Below, piece after piece: positions 40,268 through 50,691 of a DNA stretch of 64,000 nucleotides. Source of the stretch: Deltaproteobacteria bacterium (lineage in GTDB: Bacteria; UBA10199; JADGCS01); contig JACKPK010000001.1 in NCBI GenBank assembly GCA_024233595.1, forward strand, positions 153,260 through 217,259. The letters run 5' to 3'. The position numbers and the translations under genes are program-made. Below the pieces are notes generated by a model. The model saw only the letters and a list, made by a program, of their open reading frames with translations, was not told the DNA's origin and ran no database searches. How positions within the stretch are numbered: the first letter of the stretch is position 1; every line of letters begins with the position of its first letter.

Positions 40268-43015
40268 TTAAAAAGACGTTTCAAGGCATAAAAGATTGAT
40301 TCTCTGACCCACGAGTTTTTGTTTAACTTTGTCTTCAGAAAAATCTTGAAACACCTTTAACAATACTTCATCGGCATATCTATTTTCTGGATCATAGAAA
40401 GCACGTAAATGAGGGGTATTCGCAAATATCAAACCAGCAATTTCTTCATCGCTTAAAACAGTCCCTTGGTCATCAGAAAATAATTCAGCACGTGCATTTT
40501 GAATCACTTCATAAAAAAACCTGTTTTTAATTTTACGAATTTTTTCTTTCAACTCATAAGAATCATGTAGAAAACCGTAAACCTCAAGAGTCGTATAAAA
40601 TTCTCTCAAAACACGTAAACGACCAACATGATCCATAAAAAATTTAGTTGGATCACTTGATCGCTCTTTTTCGTTCTCAAGTTTTGCAGCAAAAAAGATA
40701 TTCATCACTTTTAACAAGAATTCAGGAGTAAAAACCAGTGTCGCAAATTCTTGCGAAAATCTAAACCCCTCAAATCTATCTGTTTCAAAAACAAAAGCCT
40801 CCTCAAATTCATGGAATCGACCATCAAAGCCTATTCCTTTGAATACATTTGCCATCATACTCAAATTTGGGGCTGCTTCTAGGAAATCAATTAAAAAGCT
40901 CTGAATAAGGCTAACCAGACGAACTGGGTCATTTTGAAAAGCCGCAGAAAACAGAATACGCCAACTATCTTTAAGATATTTAAATTCACTGATGTGGTAA
41001 GAAATTACCCAATCGCGTTTTTCAGGATCGTTTAACGCTTTGGACAAAGACAAAAATACTGTTTCAAGAACTTCAGACGCATTTTCTTTTAATTCATCGG
41101 CATCATCAGAACTCCATCTACTCAGAAAATGAATTAAATCATTAAATTCTATTTCTTCTTTTTTTTCGACTATCCCTCTCACAATGAGATTATCAATATG
41201 ATTAAGCCTTGCCTTATTTCGGCGGCGTAAATCTGGAAAAACAAATTGGGTTTCGTTAATAAGGTTTAAGATGCGCTTGTAATTTTCATTTTCTCTTTCT
41301 AAATCACGGTTAAGGCGCTCTCGTTCAAAATTGGAAAGACGTTCAGAATCTTTCTTCTGTTGAATAGCCCTTCTATCCATGTCTTTTTGATGGAGTCGTT
41401 TTAGTAAGTATTCAATGTCTGCTGGAAAAGATGCAGCCATCAAGTCGTATTCTAATTTTTTTTCTTCGTATGCTCGCTCTAATTCATAAACCTGAGAACG
41501 GAGTTCTTTGGCTTCTTCGGCATCAAACGGTCTAAACAGTTCCTCTTTGTGATTTTGATAATCCGTAACAGCTCTTTCAAATTGAGTCTTAGCTGTACTT
41601 CGCTTGACATAAGCGTCTAAGAGAAATTCTCCATCAAGGCGACCCGAAATATGAGAATTCAATGATCGATAAAGAAGATAATTCCGAATATAACAGTCTC
41701 GCAATAATAAGAGCTCTTGCGTGTTTAATCTGGATAAATCTTGTCCGCCAAGCTCCTCTACAGTTTTCTCAAAGTGTGAATCGAGACAATAATGCAACTC
41801 TAGCTCAAATGCAATGAAGTCCACTTCAGAGATTAATCCAGACAAAAAGGCATGTAATTGTCGCCGTGCTTTATTAAAGCTACTCTTATAAAGCCAATTT
41901 AGGAGAGAATTTCCATGGCCGGTTTTTTCACCTGCTAAAGCTCTTTTTAAAATATCCCCTATCGATAAAGTAACACCAAGATCCCTTAGAAAATTTCTGG
42001 CCCTTTTCACCTGGTGATCTTTAAACCAAGGAGCCTGAACAAAATCTTCTTGTAGACCTCTTGTTAATTCATGGCTGTAATTTTCAGAAATATCTTCGGG
42101 GATCTTTTTATCAAAGACACGATCTGCCATTGTCAAAGCGACATTCACAGCATCTTTACGAGACGATAAACTGGTATGAGACGCACTCAAAAACGAACCA
42201 AATCGATCTATTAGTCTATTATGGAAATGCAATGCTGCATGCGGATTGTGACCATTTTCCAAAACCCGTCGTAACACAGACTTCACATCCACTTCTGTCT
42301 CGACAACACGTTTTAGTCCCCAAAGAATCAGACTATCTGCATTGTATTCTTCCCGCTTTTTTTCTTTCTCAATATAGGCATCAAGCTGAGAAGACCCATG
42401 TTCTAATTCGTGCCCAATCACAAATGCCAGTTCATCATCAGATTGCACAAAACGCAGCAACCCCAAATTAACAGCGACCACTTTATCGCCATTTTGCAAT
42501 TCAACAAAACAAGCATTGATTTCCATTGAATCAACCAAAACAAAATGAATGATAGCAGCGCCATCATCCTCATGACGAATGGATTCGATGAGTTCTCTAG
42601 CTCCTTTATAAAACTCGGTCACAGCGGGCATTGTGTTTTCGGGAACAGCCTTCTGCTCTGTTCTAAAGAGAAACTCATCGATTGTTCCTAAGGTTTGCGT
42701 CTTATTATTTTGACCAGAAGACCGTGCGTGCTTAATTTCTTGAGTCCTATTTTTAGAAGAAGCTAAAGCATCTGGTGTTTGAGCAGGCTCTAAGGTTGCA
42801 TTCCCTTGTGACGACAAAATCAAAGCTGTCGAATTGCCAAAGCGGTTGGCTTGCTTTTGCACAGCAAGAGATTCATCCGCTTTTTTTAATCCCGAACGAG
42901 CATTTAAAAATGAGCCTCTAAATAAAGCTGCCTCCTCTAATTTGATAACAGCAGGAGGCGGCTGTAATCCTGAAAGATAAATGAAGGGACGACTTGGAAG
43001 TTTTCCTAAAACCAA
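40268..43015 (-). CDS. Large M48-family zinc metallopeptidase with a long helical extension
   Basis: EINACF, VNLGLL, DELAFVIGHELEH (HExxH), ETEVD...GHNPHAA; no signal peptide. Confidence 0.85.
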   Translation of the reverse strand: MVLGKLPSRPFIYLSGLQPPPAVIKLEEAALFRGSFLNARSGLKKADESLAVQKQANRFGNSTALILSSQGNATLEPAQTPDALASSKNRTQEIKHARSSGQNNKTQTLGTIDEFLFRTEQKAVPENTMPAVTEFYKGARELIESIRHEDDGAAIIHFVLVDSMEINACFVELQNGDKVVAVNLGLLRFVQSDDELAFVIGHELEHGSSQLDAYIEKEKKREEYNADSLILWGLKRVVETEVDVKSVLRRVLENGHNPHAALHFHNRLIDRFGSFLSASHTSLSSRKDAVNVALTMADRVFDKKIPEDISENYSHELTRGLQEDFVQAPWFKDHQVKRARNFLRDLGVTLSIGDILKRALAGEKTGHGNSLLNWLYKSSFNKARRQLHAFLSGLISEVDFIAFELELHYCLDSHFEKTVEELGGQDLSRLNTQELLLLRDCYIRNYLLYRSLNSHISGRLDGEFLLDAYVKRSTAKTQFERAVTDYQNHKEELFRPFDAEEAKELRSQVYELERAYEEKKLEYDLMAASFPADIEYLLKRLHQKDMDRRAIQQKKDSERLSNFERERLNRDLERENENYKRILNLINETQFVFPDLRRRNKARLNHIDNLIVRGIVEKKEEIEFNDLIHFLSRWSSDDADELKENASEVLETVFLSLSKALNDPEKRDWVISYHISEFKYLKDSWRILFSAAFQNDPVRLVSLIQSFLIDFLEAAPNLSMMANVFKGIGFDGRFHEFEEAFVFETDRFEGFRFSQEFATLVFTPEFLLKVMNIFFAAKLENEKERSSDPTKFFMDHVGRLRVLREFYTTLEVYGFLHDSYELKEKIRKIKNRFFYEVIQNARAELFSDDQGTVLSDEEIAGLIFANTPHLRAFYDPENRYADEVLLKVFQDFSEDKVKQKLVGQRINLLCLETSF

Positions 43016-43211
43016 AATAAGCTCCTAAAAAACACTTATAAATGGCTATCGTAAGACCTGCTCATAGGTTGCGGGATTTTTTAATATTTTTTTCATCCAG
43101 ACCGACACAAGAAAATCTATTTTTCACAAATAATTTCAATGCCTTAAAAATTCACACACAGTGACAAGCGGTCTTCTTGAAAGTGATATTTTTAGCTGCT
43201 AGTCCCCAGAC

Positions 43212-44018
43212 ATGACAAACACCCTCACTGGCATCCTCAAAAAAATGCGCACCGATCGCGATGAGCAATCGGGCCTGATCAATTATCATCTGCGCCTTAG
43301 CGATTCCGAAGAAGCGCTGAACACAGTCGTTGGCAAAAAAATCAAACTGCAATTTGAAGGCGAGATCCATTGCATTCACTGCGATCGTAAAATCAAAAAG
43401 ACCTTTGCACAGGGCTATTGTTACCCTTGTTTTCAAAGCTTAGCCGAAACTGACATGTGCATTGTGAAACCGCATCAATGCCATTTTGCACAAGGGACCT
43501 GTCGCGATGAAGAGTTTGCCAAAAAGCACTGCTTTATTCCTCATGTTGTTTACCTGGCTGTCAGTTCTGGCGCTAAAGTGGGCATCACGCGTGCGCATCA
43601 GAAATTCACGCGTTGGGCAGATCAAGGCGCCATTAAAGCAAGCGTGTTAGCCGAAGTCCCTGACCGAAAAACTGCCGGCGACTTAGAAGTGGCTTTGTCC
43701 GAACACATTGCTGACAAAACCAATTGGCGAAAAATGTTATCAAACCAAGTACCCAGTCTTTCTTTGTCGGAATTAAAAAACGAAATCAAAAACAAAGTGC
43801 CCAAAGAATTTGAACAATTTCTTATAGAAGACGATGTGCACGACCTAAGCTACCCTGTTGAAGTCTTCCCTGAAAAAATTTCATCTTACAACCTCGACAA
43901 AACTCCGGTCATTGAAGACCAACTCATGGGCATTAAAGGACAGTACTTGGTTTTTCCTAAAAAGGTCATCAACCTTAGAAAGTACCAAGGCTACAAAATA
44001 AAGGCGACACTTTCGTAA
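43212..44018 (+). CDS. DUF2797-family Cys-rich protein
   Basis: CIHC, GYCYPCF, CIVKPHQCHF..GTCR, HVVYLAVSSGAKVGITR, WADQGA, GIKGQYL. Confidence 0.8.
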   Translation: MTNTLTGILKKMRTDRDEQSGLINYHLRLSDSEEALNTVVGKKIKLQFEGEIHCIHCDRKIKKTFAQGYCYPCFQSLAETDMCIVKPHQCHFAQGTCRDEEFAKKHCFIPHVVYLAVSSGAKVGITRAHQKFTRWADQGAIKASVLAEVPDRKTAGDLEVALSEHIADKTNWRKMLSNQVPSLSLSELKNEIKNKVPKEFEQFLIEDDVHDLSYPVEVFPEKISSYNLDKTPVIEDQLMGIKGQYLVFPKKVINLRKYQGYKIKATLS

Positions 44019-44069
44019 AATCTTACCATCACCGCAAACGCGTTTTGGTAAAAATCATTGGGGAGTAAA

Positions 44070-44736
44070 ATGGACTTTCAAAAAGCTGATTTAAAAAACA
44101 TCCGTTCTTTCAATGCCCCAGTTTGCGAACCGGAACCCAGCGAATGGCAAGTGCTTGATGGCATCGATTTTAATACCCAAGAAATTGTGGTGGAAGTCGG
44201 CTGCGGCAAAGGCGATTGGGTCTTAGATGCTGCTCTGGAAAATCCAAACAAAACATTCATTGCCATTGAGCGCACAAAAAACAAAAGCGATGCCTTGGTG
44301 AAAAAAGCCAAAAATAAAAAATTAGAAAACCTCTTTTCTCTGCGTGCTGATGCCATTGCACTTTTGAATCAACGCTTTCCCAAAGAAAGCAGACGAGTTG
44401 GTTTTTCTTTACCCAAACCCCACGCCAAAACGACGCCAAGCCAACCAGCGTTTTTTTGTGGGCGCGCAGTTTCAACTTTTAAATTCCCGTCTTAAAACAA
44501 AAGGCCAAATCACCTTGGCCACCAACATTAAAGATTACAAAGACGAAGCCTTAGATCATTTGCAAAAGCTTTGGGGCTACCATGTGCTTTCTGATCGCAG
44601 TTTACCAAGCGACTTTAAAGCCCGCACGGCCTTTGAAAAAAAATACCAAGAGCAAGGCCAAAAGCTTTACGAATTGATTGTGAAAAAATCAGGCGACACG
44701 CCCAAAACATGGTTTCCCTTGGTGTTCGAAAAATAA
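44070..44736 (+). CDS. TrmB-like tRNA (guanine-N7) methyltransferase, frameshifted near 44390
   Basis: VEVGCGKG, IAIER, RADA, FLYPNP, ITLATNIKDY, TAFEKKY split over two frames. Confidence 0.75.
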
Positions 44737-45117
44737 TCACTCAAACACCAATTTATCTTTAATGAGCGCGTAAAATTTTTGTGGCTCTTGCTCATCACAT
44801 TGAAACTTCCACCCAACATGCTCGTTGCACTTGGCGCACCCCAATATGCTCCAAGCATAGCCTGGAAACCAAGAGTACTCAAAACTAGGCTCTGGAATGG
44901 TCATCACGCCCTGGCAAACATTCACGGTGATCAGGTCAAAATGAAACCCTGCGGGATTCAAAAAGCTATGAAAAGGCGAACCCGCATCACCAACGCTACA
45001 CAAATGTGTTTCGTCTGATAGTTCATTAAAACAAGCCGCGCATTTGTAAAAAGCAGAACGCCTTTCTTCTTCTTGGTCTTGTTCGTCGTTTTCGCGTTTA
45101 ATGTGATCAAGTAGCAT
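44737..45117 (-). CDS. Bacterial cereblon-like (CULT domain) protein
   Basis: CAAC and CAKC Zn pairs, NPAG, and SWFPGYAW...HVGWKF with all three cage Trp. Confidence 0.9.
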   Translation of the reverse strand: MLLDHIKRENDEQDQEEERRSAFYKCAACFNELSDETHLCSVGDAGSPFHSFLNPAGFHFDLITVNVCQGVMTIPEPSFEYSWFPGYAWSILGCAKCNEHVGWKFQCDEQEPQKFYALIKDKLVFE

Positions 45118-45161
45118 GGCAGGGCTTTAGGATGAGTGTTTAAGGAGATCAAGAGATCTCA

Positions 45162-47822
45162 CTAAACAAGCACAGCATCATTATTGAGGATGGGGTTTTT
45201 GTACTCGCGAGCAGCATCACGACTCATTAAATCCATGTATTGAAAAGCTTCTGTATTTGTAGGAATTTCATTCAAGAGGTTTTGAATCTCATCCACCACA
45301 AAGCCCTCTTCTTCAGAAATGGGAATGCGGAATAAATCCATTAAAGTCAAAGCACGTCTTGACTTGTGATCTAGTCCCAAAGCCCCATCTTCAAGATACA
45401 ACTCTTTCACAATGGCTTTGCCCCAAGCCAATTGGTCATCTTGAACATATAACCTTGATAAACTTCTGATGCCCTGCCAGGTTTGTTTTAAATACGCCGC
45501 AATAAGACTTTTTGGGCGATCAATTTGTTTTTTATAATGCTCAATGGCCTCTTCAACCGTCAAATCGTGACCATTGATCTTGCGTTTTCTTTTGCGATAC
45601 ACTTCGCTATAAATTTTATGCCTTTCCTCAAGCAGAGCCAATAAACGATTAAAGCGCATCAAAATATCTTCAAGCCTTTTTTGCTTTTGAGGTTCAACAC
45701 TGCGTTCTCGTAAATCATACAGTTCATCATGCAAAAGCTCCTGAACATCTTTAAGATACTGTCTCATCAATCCAAACTGATGATTCATCAGATTAAAAGT
45801 ATCGAGCATAATAATGTTATTTCGAGCCAAATGTGGCTCGTTAATGCCAAAAAGAATTGCTCGGATTTGGTTCTGTACCCCTGCTTTACTATTTGAAGCC
45901 CGACGAAGCGCTTCATCAGCAAAATGTCGCCATAATTTGCGATACTCTGAATAGCTTCCTTGATAGGTTTGTACTTTTTTACGAACACGCTCACTTGTCA
46001 CCATGTGCGCATAATCAATATCGTGCAAAATCAATTTGTACTCTCGTTTGCCATCTTCTCCTGTTTTCCACACAAGTGAAGCTGTCTGACTTGGAAAATC
46101 AGTCGCACTTGGCACCGTATCATCAATCAAAGGCTTGCCAACAGGTCTATCTAACTTATTTTTTCCTCTTTCGATCTCGCCGTTTAAATTATTCCTTAGT
46201 TCCTCATGCTTGTGACCACTAATGACATAGTCAATATCCTCTGTAAAAGCACGTTTGACGCTTGCCCATAATTTTTTACTCCCTCTTAAAAAATCATAAT
46301 AATACTTTAAAGGGTAATGAGAGGCTAAAATAAAATGAGCCTTGCCCCCATTTTTTTCCTCTAATTTTTTTGCGTGACGTTTATACAATTGAATGAGAGC
46401 CGCTTGTAAAAATGAGCTCCGGGCCACAAGCCCTGGTATTGGCTCAGAAGCTGTCAAATGATCAGTTCCATCAACTGAAATAACGTGCGTGCCATCAGGC
46501 ATGCGAACCGCGGATAAAATAAAATACTCTTTGATCGCTCGACCTGATTCTGGTGCATAGACTGTAGCAACATAACGGTTTGCGTGTTTTGTTGGTTTCC
46601 AAAACACATCAAAGTGCTCATCTAAAGCGTCATCAGGCATGTTATCCGAAATCAATATCTCGGGATTTTCTTTCACACGAAAGGCTAGAATGTTGATGCC
46701 CAAAAAGAACTTTAAAAAACGATAACTAGGATCCCACCAAGAACTCCAGGATCTGATCACTTTTGAAAACAAAGAAGAATAAATAACGCGATCAACCTGA
46801 ACAGGTTGATTCTTTGGATTCTGAGATTCTTGCTTGCCATGATAAAGCTCATTTGTTTTCTCAACAAAGCGCTTCTTATCGCAGATCTGGTCCTTACCAC
46901 CAACATTGGGACCCCATTCTTTTTCTTCATAGCTATCAACGCTGAATCCTAATTTTCTTCCATATTTGCCAACCGTTGCTGCTTGCTCGTGCCCTAACCA
47001 ATGCCCCAACAACCCATAAAGGTTGCTGCTAAGATCCATATTCCCAGCATGAAAAACATCATGATTGCCGCTGTTCACAATAAACGTAAGAGTGGAATCT
47101 GTTTGCTCACTAATCGCATAAATCATTGCGGATTTCATGAGAAGATCATACTCAAACACGCTACCGCGATCGCCCTGGTCACCATTAAATAAAACCATCA
47201 TTGGGTGTTTTGCGGTTTGAGCATATTGAGTAAAAGCCAAAGCATGCGCTTTGACCAGAGAGAAGCCAAATAAATCTTGTGCAATCGGGCGAACCGATTC
47301 TTCAACAAAACCAAGTGAAGAATTTGATTGGTACAAACCACGCCTGCCACCTAGATACGCCAATTGTGGATCGGAAAGAATCCAAATGGCACCATCAATA
47401 TCTTTGGGGAAGCCTTTAAACCCTTTTAAAATCTTCTGAAAACCAAGCTGCCCCTTTGTGTAATCTGAAACTGGTGGCTGAAGAGAGTCCAAAGAAACAG
47501 AGTCACCAACAATAGTCTGGTCTTCACTTAAAAAAGGAGCAACATCGTGCCAAGCACGTAGCTGCATCGGTATGTCCACATTGGACAATGGTTCGTACTT
47601 AATAGGATTATAATGAAACTGATTGTAGCTATCTAAATAAGGGTAACAACCACGTTGTGTCCCAAAACTATCGACTACTATTGGAAAAAATGAATAATCG
47701 GATACACTTGCTAGCGTGGGTACAGAAGGCGCCAAAGGTGAAGAAACATCAGGAGAAAAAAGATCAAAACCTCCTGCGAATTGCACTGCACTTGATGCTG
47801 ATGATGATAAAGCTTGATTCAC
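45162..47822 (-). CDS. Calcineurin-like metallophosphoesterase with long N- and C-terminal extensions
   Basis: ILSDPQ, NGDQGD, SGNHD, ASHYP, SGHKH in canonical order; Ser/Pro-rich N-terminus and helical C-terminus. Confidence 0.82.
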   Translation of the reverse strand: MNQALSSSASSAVQFAGGFDLFSPDVSSPLAPSVPTLASVSDYSFFPIVVDSFGTQRGCYPYLDSYNQFHYNPIKYEPLSNVDIPMQLRAWHDVAPFLSEDQTIVGDSVSLDSLQPPVSDYTKGQLGFQKILKGFKGFPKDIDGAIWILSDPQLAYLGGRRGLYQSNSSLGFVEESVRPIAQDLFGFSLVKAHALAFTQYAQTAKHPMMVLFNGDQGDRGSVFEYDLLMKSAMIYAISEQTDSTLTFIVNSGNHDVFHAGNMDLSSNLYGLLGHWLGHEQAATVGKYGRKLGFSVDSYEEKEWGPNVGGKDQICDKKRFVEKTNELYHGKQESQNPKNQPVQVDRVIYSSLFSKVIRSWSSWWDPSYRFLKFFLGINILAFRVKENPEILISDNMPDDALDEHFDVFWKPTKHANRYVATVYAPESGRAIKEYFILSAVRMPDGTHVISVDGTDHLTASEPIPGLVARSSFLQAALIQLYKRHAKKLEEKNGGKAHFILASHYPLKYYYDFLRGSKKLWASVKRAFTEDIDYVISGHKHEELRNNLNGEIERGKNKLDRPVGKPLIDDTVPSATDFPSQTASLVWKTGEDGKREYKLILHDIDYAHMVTSERVRKKVQTYQGSYSEYRKLWRHFADEALRRASNSKAGVQNQIRAILFGINEPHLARNNIIMLDTFNLMNHQFGLMRQYLKDVQELLHDELYDLRERSVEPQKQKRLEDILMRFNRLLALLEERHKIYSEVYRKRKRKINGHDLTVEEAIEHYKKQIDRPKSLIAAYLKQTWQGIRSLSRLYVQDDQLAWGKAIVKELYLEDGALGLDHKSRRALTLMDLFRIPISEEEGFVVDEIQNLLNEIPTNTEAFQYMDLMSRDAAREYKNPILNNDAVLV

Positions 47823-47958
47823 ATATAGAATTCTCGCCAGTTTTCACCAAAAGTTGCAATTAAAATGATATCTTGTGACGCAATGCTCATGACGCACTCA
47901 CACAGTCCAAATTTTCTCAATTTGCCCTTAACATTGCCCTTAAACACTTTCCGCCATT

Positions 47959-49065
47959 TTGTTCCTTGCCTTTTTTGCCAGAATTATTGAATGGCTTTAC
48001 CGAAAGGACCCGCGCAAAGCAGCATCTGATATGACCCTAACCCCTTCTACCAACCCAGTTCTTAGCAATTGGCAGAAAAAGCTTCAACTAGGCATCTCTA
48101 ACGGCATCCCTTACGTTCCCATTGCCAAAGGTGATGGATCCTTTGTGTCTAAACCTTTGGTAAGCCAAAATCTGGGCGATTTTTTAAGATCGATCCCAAC
48201 AGAAGCAAAGGCTGAAGATATGTTTAGGGGGGAAATAGAACCCGATTACTTTGGGTCTTACCAATTTTTTAGTGGCCCACGTTGTCTAAGAATGTCCGCT
48301 ATATTTAACCAAGCACGTTGGAAACAAAATGTTTTTTGGAATCCGCAAACACTAAAAACAACACGCCAAGAAGCCATCCTGCAAATGCCCATACCGGTGA
48401 CCATTGCTCAATTGCGTCGTCACCTAGCCCCCAAACGAGCTCTAGAGATATTACAATACATCACCATGAAACTCGCTGCCGAATACCAGGCATCGCAAGA
48501 CCCTCAAAACAACAGCTCAAATTGGTTTGAACAGTTCGCCCAATCAGAATCTGCGTTTCAAAACGCACCTCTACCTTATGATTTGCTCACGGATTTGTTT
48601 TCTGTTTTAGAAAAACAAGAGCGACTTTATTTTTACAAAAATTACATCATGCAAATGGGAGCACAGTTTTTTGGATGGCGCCTTGCTGAACCCATTGCCG
48701 GTATAAGAGATGAAATTCTCTTTCATGCTGCTTTTGATGCCCTTGGTTGGTCCAACTCAGATTATCCTTTTTATGAAATTGACCCCACAAAAGATCATTT
48801 TTGCCAATTAACACAGCTCGAACAACATGGTGTTTTTATCGATCCAAATTGTCAATCAATGGCTTTTCAAATTTTACCATTAGCTCCCAAAATTGAATTC
48901 AAATTTGTGCAAAACACAGATGAAGAAAGACAGATAAAAACAATTCCTACAGGCTTAGCCTTGTTGGTTTTAAAGGAACTTGGTTTTCAAGAAGACAATC
49001 CTGGCTTGCCAAATTTTATCAATTGGCAAAATATTCACGCCTCAGTCAGAGTAAAACCTCAATGA
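47959..49065 (+). CDS. Hypothetical 368-aa protein
   Basis: Long open frame with no recognised motif; the start may be ATG 48031. Confidence 0.75.
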   Translation: MFLAFFARIIEWLYRKDPRKAASDMTLTPSTNPVLSNWQKKLQLGISNGIPYVPIAKGDGSFVSKPLVSQNLGDFLRSIPTEAKAEDMFRGEIEPDYFGSYQFFSGPRCLRMSAIFNQARWKQNVFWNPQTLKTTRQEAILQMPIPVTIAQLRRHLAPKRALEILQYITMKLAAEYQASQDPQNNSSNWFEQFAQSESAFQNAPLPYDLLTDLFSVLEKQERLYFYKNYIMQMGAQFFGWRLAEPIAGIRDEILFHAAFDALGWSNSDYPFYEIDPTKDHFCQLTQLEQHGVFIDPNCQSMAFQILPLAPKIEFKFVQNTDEERQIKTIPTGLALLVLKELGFQEDNPGLPNFINWQNIHASVRVKPQ

Positions 49066-49250
49066 ATCTATGTCTAAAAACACGATAATATTGAACCAGA
49101 TGTAAGCTAATACCTTAACGCACGACTGGGGAGCACTTGAAGAATAGTGCTTAATCTTTATTGAAAAAACGACAATTTCAAAGATTAAAATAAATGCAAA
49201 AAAATACAACCAACACACAACTTTTGAATTCTTTGCCCGATACATTAGAC

Positions 49251-49778
49251 ATGAAACAACGCCTTAAACTCATTTTGGTTTTCTTTGCTTTTTTGAGCCT
49301 TTTCATTTTTGGTAACCCGGCCTCGGCAGGCTACTACCAATCCCCTACTTTTTTGCCTCCGGCTTTTGGAGTTTACGTGGGCACACCGGTTTACTACCCT
49401 TACACTAGCATTTGGGGATGGGGTTACACTGGCTACGGCGCTGGTTTTTATGGCTCATTTAACTATGGCTATGGCCCTGGTCGTGTTTGGTGGAAACGCT
49501 ACGCCCCACAACAATCTTTAAGAAACAAACTGGCCTTACACCGACAAGCCGTGCGTGTCTTTGCTAATAACATGCACCAATTCCAACTAGAAAAAACACA
49601 CGAGCAAGCCGTGCAAGAACAGACTCAGTGGAATGCAACACAAGATAAAATCCTTGGACCCGCTCCGGAACAGCACGATATTAAAATCAACATCCAAGAA
49701 GAACAAAGCCACGAAGTGCCCACACCCAAAGAAACCACAGTGATTGGCAATGGCGCTGTTGTGATGAATGTTTATTAA
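49251..49778 (+). CDS. Exported Tyr/Gly-rich hypothetical protein
   Basis: Signal peptide MKQRLKLILVFFAFLSLFIFGNPASA, followed by a YGxGxYG-rich segment. Confidence 0.7.
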   Translation: MKQRLKLILVFFAFLSLFIFGNPASAGYYQSPTFLPPAFGVYVGTPVYYPYTSIWGWGYTGYGAGFYGSFNYGYGPGRVWWKRYAPQQSLRNKLALHRQAVRVFANNMHQFQLEKTHEQAVQEQTQWNATQDKILGPAPEQHDIKINIQEEQSHEVPTPKETTVIGNGAVVMNVY

Positions 49779-49844
49779 TCTAAAGTCCAAACACCACGTT
49801 TCCTGACACTTGAAGTTACTTTAGCGACACGCTAAAAACAGTCC

Positions 49845-50645
49845 ATGAACCAAAACACATTCTCTGGGACTGAGTCCTACATTGTTTCCCCCGAACTCAA
49901 AGAAATCGTCAACGTTGCCATTGCTTTGGAACGCCCGCTCTTGCTCAAAGGCGAACCCGGCACGGGCAAAACCTTGTTAGCCTCTGCCATTGCACAATCT
50001 TTAAATAAAAAACTGCTGCGTTGGAATATTAAATCAAGCACCAAAGCCATAGAGGGTCTTTACACTTACGACACCGTGCAACGCTTAAACGACGCACGCT
50101 TTGGTGAAGGTGATGTCAAAAACATTGCCAACTACATCAAGCTAGGTCCTTTAGGGCAATCCTTTGCTAGCGATGAACAAGTTGTTCTGCTCATTGATGA
50201 AGTCGATAAAGCTGACATTGAATTTCCCAATGACCTTTTGGCTGAACTCGATGAAATGACCTTCACCATCAACGAAACAGGCGAAACCATCAGCGCTAAA
50301 AAACGCCCCATTGTACTCATCACTTCAAACGCCGAAAAAGAACTACCAGACGCGTTTTTAAGACGTTGTTTGTTTCACTACATTGAATTCCCTGAAGCAG
50401 CGCTCATGCAAGAGATTGTAAAAGTGCACTTTGATAAGCTGGATGAAAAACTTTTAAAAATGGCCTTGGCAAAATTTTACTGGGTTCGCGAACAAGATCA
50501 GCTCCGTAAAAAACCCGCCACCAGCGAACTCATCGATTGGATCAAAGCCCTCATTGTTGGCGGCATCGATTTAAAACAATTCGAAAACCACATTCCTTTT
50601 TTGGGAACTTTGATCAAAACAGAAAGGGACCTTGAAAAATTTTAA
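49845..50645 (+). CDS. MoxR-family AAA+ ATPase
   Basis: PLLLKGEPGTGKT, LLIDEVDKAD, ITSNAEKELPDAFLRRC. Confidence 0.92.
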   Translation: MNQNTFSGTESYIVSPELKEIVNVAIALERPLLLKGEPGTGKTLLASAIAQSLNKKLLRWNIKSSTKAIEGLYTYDTVQRLNDARFGEGDVKNIANYIKLGPLGQSFASDEQVVLLIDEVDKADIEFPNDLLAELDEMTFTINETGETISAKKRPIVLITSNAEKELPDAFLRRCLFHYIEFPEAALMQEIVKVHFDKLDEKLLKMALAKFYWVREQDQLRKKPATSELIDWIKALIVGGIDLKQFENHIPFLGTLIKTERDLEKF

Positions 50646-50691
50646 TCTTTTTTACTGCTCCCTGGTCCCTTGCCCCTAAACCCTATAATAT

